A stretch of DNA of 64,000 nt from assembly GCA_016186955.1 (NCBI GenBank), contig JACPKP010000009.1, positions 161,595 through 225,594 of the forward strand, in the 5' to 3' direction. The position numbers were made by a program, and so were the translations under genes. The notes under the pieces are model-generated. The model saw only the letters and a program-made list of their open reading frames with translations, had not been told where the DNA came from and did no database searches. This DNA is from Candidatus Daviesbacteria bacterium. GTDB taxonomy: Bacteria; Patescibacteriota; Microgenomatia; Daviesbacterales; UBA10151. Below, piece by piece: positions 29,511 through 39,061 of the stretch (positions are counted from its first letter, which is position 1; the number at the start of each line of letters is the position of its first letter).

Positions 29511-32500
29511 ATGACCAGAAAAATTTCATCTTTTATTTTTTTGTGTTTGCTGGTCCTTATTTTTGTAAACCCCCAACCTATAAAGGCAGAAAGTATCAAG
29601 CAAATAACAATTGTTAACCCCATCAGAGGTAATGATTTTTGGGGTTACAAACATCAATTTTTAGATACACCGAAAAAACAATATGAACTGATTGAAAAAA
29701 ACAATTTACCAGCAACATGGCTGGTGCGTTATGATGCCTTAAAAAATGAGGAAACAGACACATTCTTAAAATCTTTAAATAATAAGCAGGAGATTGGATT
29801 ATTTTTGGAAGTTACGCCAACTTTGGCAAAAGATGCGGGGGTCAAATACAACCAAAGCGAAAATTGGCACTATGCAAAATCGGTTTTTCTCATCGGATAT
29901 TCTCCGGAAGACAGAAAAAAATTAATTGACAGGGCAGTTAAATCCTACAGAGAAATTTTTAGCACGAATCCAAAATCAGTTGGCGCTTGGTGGATTGATG
30001 CTTATTCCCTCAATTATCTGCATGATAAATATGGTGTGGAGGCCAATCTTGACGTTGCTGACCAGTATTCTACAGACCAATACCAGGTTTGGGGGCAATA
30101 TTTTTCAACGCCTTTCTATCCTGCAAAAGTTAACGCTTTAATGCCTGCTTCAAGCAAGGAACAAAAAATAGGAGTTGTAACTATACAATGGGCAACAAGG
30201 GATCCTTTCAATTCCTACGGCAATGGCGCAGATGAGAGTACCTACAGTGTCCAGGCAAATGATTATTTGATTCACAAATTAGGTACTGGTTATTTTGAAA
30301 AACTGATTAACATTTATCCGCAAACTACAGTGGGGTTGGAAAACGACTTTTCTTGGGATAAGTACGGGGAGGAGTACCAAAAACAAATTGAAATTTTGGT
30401 AAAACAGCAAAAAATGGGATTGTTACAGGTAAAAACAATGTCTGAGTTTAGTAAATATTACAAAAATATTTATCCGAATATTTCGCCTGATGTTTTAATC
30501 CAGGCAGATGATCCTTTAGGAGGTGGATGGAAAGTAGTCTGGTTTTTTACACCTAAATACCGTGTAGGCTGGTTTTACGGCCCTTACGGTTCTGCGATAA
30601 GAGACCTGAGGCAGTTCAGTGACAGTGTTGAAGAGAGCTGTTTTAAAACATCATGTGACCAGCTAAATCTGGCTTTTACCCAAAACCAGGCTATAGATGA
30701 TGTTAATTTTTCAACCAGATGGTTGATAGACGAGGGTAAAATAAGCAATGTCCGGGTTGAAAGCATTGGTAATAGTGTTCAAATAAGTTATCAAAACCAG
30801 GCAGGGACTATCAGAAAAATAAAATTTTTACCAAATGATATTGAAGTAGACGGTAAAATTCAAACAATCTCGGTTGCCATACTAGCTAGTGTCCAAGATA
30901 CTGAAGGAGAGACCAAAATCAAGGAGAATATTGAAACGAGGTTTGATTTAGGAAAAAATCTTCCTTCAATTTTTGTAAGCCTAATAAAATTTTTATTGCT
31001 GACTGTATTATTTTTTTTAATTCCCGGATGGATACTTGGCAGGAATTTATTGTTATCTATCCCCATCGGTTGGTCGGTTTTTACACTGGCAGCTTTTTTT
31101 GCAGGCAGTTTGCATGATGATAGGGTGTTGTGGATAATCCCAATTTTAAGTTTGCCGGCCCTTTACAAATGGGGTTTGCCTAAAATCCCCAAAAGAAATA
31201 TCACCAAGGAGAACTTAATTGTAATGGCAGTTTGTGGATTGGGTTCAATCTCTTGGCTGCTGACCTCTGTTAAAAATGGTTTGGAGTACAGTTTTGGTTT
31301 AGGTTTCTGGGGGCCTAACGGCCATGATGGAATTTGGCACCTGTCTTTAATTTCAGAACTCCAAAAAAATTTTCCTCCTCAAAACCCTGTTTTTGCAGGG
31401 GAAAGACTTAATAACTATCATTATTTTTTTGATTTATTATTGGCAAAATCAGCAAATCTTTTATCGATTGATCCTCAGGAATTGTTATTCAGGCTTTTTC
31501 CCCTTTTTGTTTCTATTCTCGCAGGCTTATTAATGTTTCATACAACAAAAAAACTTTTTAAACACTTAAATGAAAAACTCGTCTTTAAAACAGCTATTTT
31601 GGCTACACTTTTTCTGTATTTTGGAGGCAGTTTCGGTTGGGTAGTATCTTTTTTTAAAAACGGCGGTTTTGGCGGAGAGTCAATTTTTTGGGCGCAACAG
31701 GCGATATCAACTCTGCTAAATCCTCCTTTTGCAATATCCATTGTAATTTTTTTGGCAGGGTTATATTTATTCACTGAGTTGAAAGAACAAAAAAACCATC
31801 CTCTTTTTTTAATAATTTCATTAACTTTACTTTGGGGCAGTCTAATAGAATTTAAAGCTTATGCAGGAATTTTAGTTTTGGGTGGATTAGGCTTTTTAAC
31901 GGTGGAGAGCGTAATATTTAAAAAGGATTTTTATCTGCTTAAAATTTTTATTCCCATTCTTGTGTTATCCCTTATAGTATTTTTGCCAAACAATTTAGGC
32001 AGTTCTTCCCTTTTGGTAATTAGCCCTTTCTGGCTGGTTCAATCTATGATTGATTTTCAAGACAGGTTGGGATGGGAAAGGTTTAGTTTGATCCTTCACT
32101 CGGAAGTTTTTTATAAAATAGTAGCCGGAAACCTAATAGGCCTTGTGATTTTTTTGACCGGAAATCTCGGGACGAGGATCATAGGTTTTGCCAGTTTTAA
32201 GGAAATTTTTAACCAGAAACTTCTTTTTTATATGGCTGTTTTGGGGCTTATTCTTCCTTTGATATTTGTCCAAAAGGGTAATAATTGGAATATCATTCAG
32301 TTTTTTTATTACACAATTTTTATCCTGAATTTTTATGCAGCTATAACTATTGTAAAAATCTGGCGCAGGTTAGGTAGTAAAAAAGGAGGGATTTTGGTGG
32401 TATTGATAGTGTTTTTAACCATTCCCACATCTATAAATGCACTGGACCAATATTTACCGCCAAGACCTCCTGCCAGGTTATCTGCAGCGGAAAAAGAAGC

Positions 32501-32879
32501 CTTAGACTTTTTAAAAAATGAACCGGAAGGTATAGTTTTAACCCTGCCTTATGATGATAAATTGAGAAAAAAATACTCCGAACCGGTACCGCTTGCAGCT
32601 TATACATCAACAGCATATGTTGCGGCATTTTCAAACCATTCTACGTTTCTGGAAGATACTATAAATTTAGAAATATTAGGAGTTGATTATAAAGGGAGAT
32701 TAAACCTGGAAAGGGATTTTATAAATATAAAGGAGCAGGATAAAGAGATTTTAAGGCAGAATAATATTTCGTATGTTTATGTTTTAAAAGCGCAAAATTT
32801 TAATGAAGATGAAGGGGTAATGGGTATCAAAAAAATCTTTGAAAATGAGGAGGTAAAGTTATTTAAAGTTATAAAATGA
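29511..32879 (+). CDS. 1123-aa membrane protein: signal peptide + ~480-aa extracytoplasmic domain + ~500-aa polytopic domain + C-terminal soluble domain; function unknown
   Basis: ATG at 29511 (MTRKISSFIFLCLLVLIFVNPQPIKA signal-like); dense TM region from roughly aa 500-1000. Confidence 0.6.
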   Translation: MTRKISSFIFLCLLVLIFVNPQPIKAESIKQITIVNPIRGNDFWGYKHQFLDTPKKQYELIEKNNLPATWLVRYDALKNEETDTFLKSLNNKQEIGLFLEVTPTLAKDAGVKYNQSENWHYAKSVFLIGYSPEDRKKLIDRAVKSYREIFSTNPKSVGAWWIDAYSLNYLHDKYGVEANLDVADQYSTDQYQVWGQYFSTPFYPAKVNALMPASSKEQKIGVVTIQWATRDPFNSYGNGADESTYSVQANDYLIHKLGTGYFEKLINIYPQTTVGLENDFSWDKYGEEYQKQIEILVKQQKMGLLQVKTMSEFSKYYKNIYPNISPDVLIQADDPLGGGWKVVWFFTPKYRVGWFYGPYGSAIRDLRQFSDSVEESCFKTSCDQLNLAFTQNQAIDDVNFSTRWLIDEGKISNVRVESIGNSVQISYQNQAGTIRKIKFLPNDIEVDGKIQTISVAILASVQDTEGETKIKENIETRFDLGKNLPSIFVSLIKFLLLTVLFFLIPGWILGRNLLLSIPIGWSVFTLAAFFAGSLHDDRVLWIIPILSLPALYKWGLPKIPKRNITKENLIVMAVCGLGSISWLLTSVKNGLEYSFGLGFWGPNGHDGIWHLSLISELQKNFPPQNPVFAGERLNNYHYFFDLLLAKSANLLSIDPQELLFRLFPLFVSILAGLLMFHTTKKLFKHLNEKLVFKTAILATLFLYFGGSFGWVVSFFKNGGFGGESIFWAQQAISTLLNPPFAISIVIFLAGLYLFTELKEQKNHPLFLIISLTLLWGSLIEFKAYAGILVLGGLGFLTVESVIFKKDFYLLKIFIPILVLSLIVFLPNNLGSSSLLVISPFWLVQSMIDFQDRLGWERFSLILHSEVFYKIVAGNLIGLVIFLTGNLGTRIIGFASFKEIFNQKLLFYMAVLGLILPLIFVQKGNNWNIIQFFYYTIFILNFYAAITIVKIWRRLGSKKGGILVVLIVFLTIPTSINALDQYLPPRPPARLSAAEKEALDFLKNEPEGIVLTLPYDDKLRKKYSEPVPLAAYTSTAYVAAFSNHSTFLEDTINLEILGVDYKGRLNLERDFINIKEQDKEILRQNNISYVYVLKAQNFNEDEGVMGIKKIFENEEVKLFKVIK

Positions 32880-32982
32880 TTAAAAAGATAAAACTTAACA
32901 GGAAATTTTTATTCTTGAACCAAAATACCGCGCAGCTTGCTGCGGGGATGAATGGTTCACAGAAGAACTTTCCCGAAGGGAT

Positions 32983-33004
32983 ACTCCGCAGTTTACTGCG
33001 GAGT
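32983..33004 (+). terminator. 9-bp GC-rich hairpin downstream of the 1138-aa gene
   Basis: ACTCCGCAG-ttta-CTGCGGAGT. A related CGCAG-cttg-CTGCG hairpin lies at 32931-32944. Downstream T content is modest, so this is not a canonical strong terminator. Confidence 0.35.
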
Positions 33005-33308
33005 AGTTCATTTGTTGTATCAATAATGCGTGGGAGTAGGAAGTTAGTTATTTTTGACCAATATGCTTGAGCGGTACCTGTTTGCCGGCGTTACTTCAGG
33101 TTTGTTCGTTACAATTTATTATCCACATTTATTTAAGTTTTGGGTAGTATTAAGCCTGATTTTTTGGGTAAATATGTACCGGGATTTTAAGTTCCCGCCC
33201 AATATAGGTTTTTTCAATGAGATATTAATTTGGAATGGAAGTATTGCTTTGCGGATTTTATCCTTAATCAATATTATTTTTTTTGTTAAGATAAGCTATA
33301 GTTTTTTG

Positions 33309-33318
33309 GGGGGGGGGA
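33309..33318. repeat. G10 homopolymer tract ~65 nt upstream of GT2 gene start (33383)
   Basis: ttttttGGGGGGGGGGagaatcc, a 10-G run in a low-GC genome; TATAGT -10-like hexamer lies ~7 nt upstream. Confidence 0.9.
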
Positions 33319-33382
33319 GAATCCGCAACTTGATACCGGGTTGGAACCATATTAAGATTAACTTAAAGAGGAAGACTGATAT

Positions 33383-34285
33383 ATGAATGGAAAAATCTCG
33401 GTAGTTATCAATACACTAAATGATCAAAGCAATATAGGGCGTGCGATAAATTCTGTGGCTTGGGCGGATGAAATTCTGATTTGTGATATGCACTCAGATG
33501 ATGACTGCGCGGTGATTGCCAAAAAAATGGGTGCAAAAATTATCCTTCATAAAAGGTTAAGGTTTGTTGAGCCGGCCAGGAATTTTGCCGTTTCCCATGC
33601 CTTAAATGAATGGATACTGATACTTGATCCTGATGAGGAGATACCTGCCGGTTTAGCGGCTAAATTGCAAGAATTAGCAAAAGATCCGGGAGTTACAACA
33701 AATCTGGAAATACCAAGGAAAAATATTATTTTTGGTAAATGGATGAAAGCCTCAATGTGGTGGCCTGATTACAATATCAGATTTTTTAAAAAAGGTTCTG
33801 TTTCTTGGAGTGACAGGATACACCGTCCCCCTAAAACAGCAGGTCAGGGGGTAAGGTTTCCGGATGAAGAAAGATGGGCTATAATTCATCACCACTACAG
33901 CAGTATTTCCCAGTTTTTAAACAGGATGGACCGTTACACCGGGATACAGGCCGAAGAGTTGATCAAGGATGGGTATGATTTTAAATGGATCGATTTAATT
34001 AACAAACCTGTAAGTGAATTCTTAGGCAGGTTTTTTGCAAACAAGGGATATGAAGACGGTTTGCATGGTTTAGCGCTTAGTGGCCTGCAAAGTTTTTCAT
34101 TTTTAATAGTTTATCTTAAAACCTGGGAGATGAGAGAATTTACAAAACAAGATCCAGGTTTTGATGAGGTTAAAGCCGTCTTTAAAGAGGCGGGGAAGGA
34201 AATTAGTTACTGGTTAAAATATGGTAACCTCTCCAAAAACCCTCTTAAATCTTTTATTGAACGGGCTAAAAACAAGCTAATTTAA
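33383..34285 (+). CDS. GT2-family glycosyltransferase (GT-A, DxD DPDEE)
   Basis: ISVVINTLNDQSNI...ICDMHSDDD...ILDPDEE; paralog of 35141-35944; RBS AGAGGAAG 9 nt upstream. Confidence 0.6.
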   Translation: MNGKISVVINTLNDQSNIGRAINSVAWADEILICDMHSDDDCAVIAKKMGAKIILHKRLRFVEPARNFAVSHALNEWILILDPDEEIPAGLAAKLQELAKDPGVTTNLEIPRKNIIFGKWMKASMWWPDYNIRFFKKGSVSWSDRIHRPPKTAGQGVRFPDEERWAIIHHHYSSISQFLNRMDRYTGIQAEELIKDGYDFKWIDLINKPVSEFLGRFFANKGYEDGLHGLALSGLQSFSFLIVYLKTWEMREFTKQDPGFDEVKAVFKEAGKEISYWLKYGNLSKNPLKSFIERAKNKLI

Positions 34286-35144
34286 TGAAAAAAGTTGCGG
34301 TTGTGATTTTAAATTTTAAGGTCAAAGAGCATGTTTTAAAATGTATAGATTCTGTTAAGAAATCAACCTATAGAAATATCAAAATAATCCTTGTTGATAA
34401 TAATTCAGGGGATGGGATAGAAGATGAAATTAAACAAAACGGAAACCTTGAATTTATCCAGACCAAAGATAACTTAGGATATACAGGAGGGAATAATATT
34501 GGTATTAAAAGAGCGCTTGAAGAGAAATCAGACCTTATCTTTCTTTTAAATCCGGATACAATTTTAAGCGAGAGAGCGATAGAAATTTTAGTAGGTAATA
34601 TGATTATTGAAGATGTGGGTATAGCCGGCCCAAAAATATATTTTTTCCCAACAGGGGAAACGAAAAAATATGGTATGCAGGAGGGATATTTGAAAGGGCT
34701 AATGTAATCGGTAAACACCGGGGAGTAGATGAAATAGATCAAGGTCAATATGACAAAGAAGAAGAAACAGATTTTGTCAGCGGAGCAGCAATAATGGTTA
34801 AAAAGGAAGTTTTTGATAAAATTGGTTTTCTGGATGAAAAATATTTTTTATATTATGAAGATAGTGATTTTTGTTTCAGGGCAAAAAAGGCAGGATTTAA
34901 AATTATGTATGCACCTAAGGCGATAGTTTACCATGAAAATGCCAAGTCAACCGGGTTAGGATCTTCCCTGCAGGATTATTTTATCACCCGCAACAGGCTG
35001 CTTTTTGCCTCAAAGTTTTTGCCATTTAGGACAAAGTTTGCACTTTTCCGGGAGGCTTTAAGGCATCTGGGAAACCCCATAAGAAGGCTTGCTTTTTTTG
35101 ATTTTTTGACAGGAAATTTTGGGAAAGGAAATTTTTTAAAATGA
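34285..35144 (+). pseudogene. GT2 rhamnosyltransferase-like (WbbL-type) gene split by a frameshift in an A6 run (34663-34668)
   Basis: ORFs 34285-34707 and 34794-35144. The +1 frame across 34650-34800 reads IWYAGGIFERANVIGKHRGVDEIDQGQYDKEEETDFVSGAAIMVKKEVF. That matches intact paralog 38250-39032 (…FDEKYFLYYED…). An A7 run would restore one ORF. Confidence 0.6.
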
Positions 35145-35944
35145 TCAGTGTTGTTGTTGTAACAAAAGATGAAGAAAATATGATTAAGGCTTGTTTGGAA
35201 TCTTTAAAATGGGCTGCTGAGATTATTGTTTATGATAACGGTTCCACAGATAAAACTTTGGAAATTGCAAAAAAATACACCAATAAAATATACAAATATG
35301 AAGGGCAAAATTATGCTGAGTTAAGAAATAAGGCGATGGAGAAAACATTAGGAGATTGGGTTTTGTATGTTGATGCAGATGAGAGAGTGTTGCAGCCCCT
35401 AAAAGAAGAGATTATTGATTTAACGGTAAATTCCGATAAATCCGCATTTGCCATCCCGCGGAGGAATATAATTTTCGGTTGTGAAAAAAAATACGGTCCT
35501 TTTTGGCCGGATTGGATAATACGTTTATATAAAAAAAATGAATTTAAAGGTTGGGTTGGCAAAATTCATGAACACGGTACCTTCAGGGGTAAATTAGGTT
35601 ACACAAAAAATCCTTTTATCCATTTAACACACAGAGGTGTTGACCAAATTGTGACCAAAAGCCTGAACTGGTCAAATTTTGATGCAAAATTAAGGTTGGA
35701 AGCAAACCACCCTAAAATGTCCGGGTTGAGATTTTTAAGGATCTTTGCAACGGAACTTTTTTATCAGGGTATTATAAGAAGAGGATTTTTTTCGGGTACA
35801 GTCGGGATTATGGACTCGCTGTTGCAGGTATTCAGTTTGTTTATTACCTATATTAGGTTATGGGAACTTCAGCAGCTAAAACCACTAAACCAAACCTATG
35901 ATGAAATTGACATAAAACTGATGGAAAATAATTTTAAATACTGA
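35141..35944 (+). CDS. GT2-family glycosyltransferase (paralog of 33383-34285)
   Basis: ISVVVVTKDEENMI...VYDNGSTDKT...YVDADER DxD. Confidence 0.6.
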   Translation: MISVVVVTKDEENMIKACLESLKWAAEIIVYDNGSTDKTLEIAKKYTNKIYKYEGQNYAELRNKAMEKTLGDWVLYVDADERVLQPLKEEIIDLTVNSDKSAFAIPRRNIIFGCEKKYGPFWPDWIIRLYKKNEFKGWVGKIHEHGTFRGKLGYTKNPFIHLTHRGVDQIVTKSLNWSNFDAKLRLEANHPKMSGLRFLRIFATELFYQGIIRRGFFSGTVGIMDSLLQVFSLFITYIRLWELQQLKPLNQTYDEIDIKLMENNFKY

Positions 35945-35946
35945 AA

Positions 35947-37029
35947 ATGAAAATTGCAATTTACAGCCCCTATCTTGATACTGCAGGCGGGGGGGAAAAA
36001 TATATCCTGACAGTGGCAGAGACCCTTTCTGAAAAAGCAAGGGTAGATATCCTATTGGACAAACACTTACAACTTGTTGGACCAGATTCGATAATTGAAA
36101 AAAATAAAATCTTACACAACATTGATTTTTCCGGAATAAATTTTATTAATGCGCCAATAGGTTCCTTATGGTCGTTTTTTGAAAGGATATTCTTTTTTAA
36201 AAAATATGACTTCTTATTTTATTTGACTGATGGCAGTATATTTTTTTCTACAGCAAAAAAAAATGTTATCCATTTCCAAGTTCCATTCGAGAACACAAAA
36301 GCTTTGGGGTTTTGGGGGGGTTTTAAATTAAAATCCTGGGATTTGGCAGTTTACAACTCTTATTTTACTAAAGAGCTTGTTGAGCACACTTGGCCAATCA
36401 AGGGTAAAGTTATATACCCGCCGGTCAACACAGAATTGTTTAAAACTTTGAAGAAAAAAAAGCAGATTGTTTCTGTAGGAAGATTTTTTGGGTTTGACAA
36501 AGGGAAAAAACAACTGCTGTTAATAAATATTTTTAAACAATTGGTGAAGGATAAAAAAATTACTGGATGGAGCCTGCATTTGGCCGGTGGAGCGCAAGAG
36601 AGTGATAAAAAATATATTGACCAGTTAAAAAGCAATGCTAAAGGATTTGAGATTTATTTTTATCCCAATATTCCGCTAGGTAAGCTTGTAAAATTATACG
36701 GAGAATCCCAAATCTACTGGCATGCAGCGGGTTTTGGTGAACAAGACCCGAAAAGGTTTGAGCATTTCGGCATCACTACTGTTGAGGCGATGGCCTCAGG
36801 CTGTGTCCCAATCGTAATAAACCTAGGAGGTCAAAAAGAGATAGTAGAAAACGGTCAATCTGGTTTTTTGTGGGATAATCCGGCAGAATTGAAAACCGTG
36901 ACATTAAAAGTAATCAAAGACAGTCAGCTTATGTTAAAGTTGTCAAAAGCAGCCCAGCAAAAATCCAAAACTTTTGCAAAGGAAAAATTTGATGAGCAAA
37001 TCAACAGCCTAGTATATGGAAATTCTTAA
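35947..37029 (+). CDS. GT4-family glycosyltransferase (GT-B)
   Basis: C-terminal EHFGITTVEAMASGCVPIV... E-x7-E-type GT4 motif; contains G7 tracts at 35989-35995 and 36314-36320. Confidence 0.8.
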   Translation: MKIAIYSPYLDTAGGGEKYILTVAETLSEKARVDILLDKHLQLVGPDSIIEKNKILHNIDFSGINFINAPIGSLWSFFERIFFFKKYDFLFYLTDGSIFFSTAKKNVIHFQVPFENTKALGFWGGFKLKSWDLAVYNSYFTKELVEHTWPIKGKVIYPPVNTELFKTLKKKKQIVSVGRFFGFDKGKKQLLLINIFKQLVKDKKITGWSLHLAGGAQESDKKYIDQLKSNAKGFEIYFYPNIPLGKLVKLYGESQIYWHAAGFGEQDPKRFEHFGITTVEAMASGCVPIVINLGGQKEIVENGQSGFLWDNPAELKTVTLKVIKDSQLMLKLSKAAQQKSKTFAKEKFDEQINSLVYGNS

Positions 37030-38260
37030 AAAATATAAGTGGATATTATTTTTGGGGTTAATTATTAGACTGGTAGTTGCATCATTTACTTTCCACCCCG
37101 ATGTTAGAAATAACAGCATTGTTTCTACAATAATTTTGAGAGAGCACAACTTAAATCCATACGATTTTGCAGATAATTTAAAAAACGATGACCCCCGGAA
37201 AAAAATTTATTCCAATGAAAAAGCTGATGATTTGCCCCTGGTTTACTGGATAAATATTCCGGTACAGTTTATAGTAAGGCCTTTAGTTGATGGAAATATA
37301 GAATATCAGTATCTTTCTCAAATAGAAAATATTTTTGGCAACCCCGCTCTATTTATTTATCTACTTATTATAAAAATACAGTTTATTTTATTTGATATTT
37401 TACTCGGGGTACTCTTAATTTTCCTTGTTGAGGATGCTTTAAAGAAAAAAATTTTATTTTTTTGGATGTTTAACCCGGTAACTATTTGGGCAACCGCAGC
37501 AATAGGGCAGTTCGATGTTATCCCAACATTCTTTTTAGTTCTATCTTTTTATTTCTTAGAACGGAAAAAAATACAATGGGCTTCTCTTTCATTAGGTTTG
37601 GCAGCAGCAATCAAAAGCTTTTCTTTTTTAATCTTCCCTTTCTTGGTTTTTCTGGCTAATTCTTGGAGAGAAAGGATTAAACTTACTTTAATTTTTCTAA
37701 TTCCGTGGATTTTTTCAGTTAGTCCTTATCTTGGTTCTTCCGGCTTCCGTCACAATGCTTTATTGGCGCCCCAACTTTCTAAAATTCTTTATTCCAAAAT
37801 TGCTTTATCGGGTGGTGAGGGTATTTTGATAGTACCGGCAATTTTGATAATTTTATATTTGGTCTATCTTCGCCAAAAAAGAGGCGCAGCTGATTTTATG
37901 AAGTTTTCTTTGAGCGCCCTTCTTTTAGTATTGGCATTTACCCATTTTCATATCCAATGGTTTCTTTGGGTAACGCCTTTTTTGGCAATTTTGTTAATAG
38001 AGGACTCGGGAAATTATCTAAAATGGAGTATCGGACTTTTAGGTTTTTCTTTGCTCTTAATGTTATTTTTATTTGAACCGTCACTTCAAATAAAGTTATT
38101 TGCCCCTATTTTACCCCTTCTAAGTAATGGCACAGGGCTGGCTGAAGTTTTAGGCCCGGATAGGGCAAATTCTTTAAGGGATATGGCAGCTACTATATTC
38201 GGAGGAGCTTCAATATTTTTAGTTTTTCACCAAATTTCACCAAAAATAAATGAAAAATAA
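37016..38260 (+). CDS. polytopic membrane protein (414 aa), possible GT-C/DUF2029-like glycosyltransferase or Wzy-like polymerase
   Basis: More than 10 TM helices; no soluble catalytic domain; embedded in GT operon. Confidence 0.45.
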   Translation: MEILKKYKWILFLGLIIRLVVASFTFHPDVRNNSIVSTIILREHNLNPYDFADNLKNDDPRKKIYSNEKADDLPLVYWINIPVQFIVRPLVDGNIEYQYLSQIENIFGNPALFIYLLIIKIQFILFDILLGVLLIFLVEDALKKKILFFWMFNPVTIWATAAIGQFDVIPTFFLVLSFYFLERKKIQWASLSLGLAAAIKSFSFLIFPFLVFLANSWRERIKLTLIFLIPWIFSVSPYLGSSGFRHNALLAPQLSKILYSKIALSGGEGILIVPAILIILYLVYLRQKRGAADFMKFSLSALLLVLAFTHFHIQWFLWVTPFLAILLIEDSGNYLKWSIGLLGFSLLLMLFLFEPSLQIKLFAPILPLLSNGTGLAEVLGPDRANSLRDMAATIFGGASIFLVFHQISPKINEK

Positions 38261-39032
38261 ATCACTTTCGGTAATTGTTGTCTCCTACAACAGTGAACAA
38301 TTTATAGAAAAATGTATAGCATCGGTTTTAAAATACTTACCTGATAATAGTGAGTTAATAGTCTTAGATAATAATTCTGTCGACAAAACAGTTGATATAT
38401 CAAAAAAGTTTTTACCGAAGATTAAATTAATCAGTATTGATAAAAACTTAGGGTTTGCCAAAGGCAATAACAAAGCTGCGAATGAAGCCTTGGGAGATTA
38501 TTTATTTTTTTTAAATCCCGATACATGGATTAGTAAACCTATTATGGAAGAATTAATTGAATTTTATGAGGCCGAAGATGCAGGCATTGTGGCGCCTAAA
38601 CTGATTATGCCAAACGGTCATACCCAATCTTCAGTAAAAAATTTACCGACTGTTTGGGGTGCGTTTAAAGAATTTATTTTAGGGGTTCAAAATTCTTATG
38701 GAGAGTTTGTGCCAAAAACTGAAAAACCTATTGCTGTACAAGTTGTTTATGGTGCGGCTTTATTAATTTCAAAAAAGTTATTTGACCAAATAGGTGGTTT
38801 TGATGAGAAATATTTTCTTTACTATGAAGATGTCGATCTATGCAGGAAGGTATTAAATAAAGACAAAAAGATCTACTATTATCCTGCAGCAGCAGTTAAC
38901 CATATTGTAGGTGGGACAAAATCAAGTCAGGATAAATATAGGTTAAACTTCAAATCTGCGATTTTATATCACGGTTATTTTAAATTCCTAATTCTGCAAA
39001 TCATTTTCCGATTGCGCACCCTGCTTAAGTAA
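38250..39032 (+). CDS. GT2 rhamnosyltransferase-like glycosyltransferase (WbbL-type)
   Basis: LSVIVVSYNSEQFI...LDNNSVDKT...GIVAPKL...YGAALLISKKLFDQIGGFDEKYFLYYEDVDLCRK. Confidence 0.75.
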   Translation: MKNKSLSVIVVSYNSEQFIEKCIASVLKYLPDNSELIVLDNNSVDKTVDISKKFLPKIKLISIDKNLGFAKGNNKAANEALGDYLFFLNPDTWISKPIMEELIEFYEAEDAGIVAPKLIMPNGHTQSSVKNLPTVWGAFKEFILGVQNSYGEFVPKTEKPIAVQVVYGAALLISKKLFDQIGGFDEKYFLYYEDVDLCRKVLNKDKKIYYYPAAAVNHIVGGTKSSQDKYRLNFKSAILYHGYFKFLILQIIFRLRTLLK

Positions 39033-39061
39033 TGTAGAATTTCAAAGGAATTTAATAAAAC

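Noticed and set aside
32876-33070. 64-aa ORF immediately after the 1138-aa gene
   Set aside because: It spans the two GC-rich hairpins interpreted as terminator structures and has no recognisable protein features.
33054-33386. 110-aa ORF spanning the G10 tract
   Set aside because: It is a low-complexity hydrophobic translation with no RBS context. It overlaps probable terminator hairpins and the leader region of the downstream GT2, so it is more likely non-coding 5' region than a gene. It is kept only as context for the poly-G finding.
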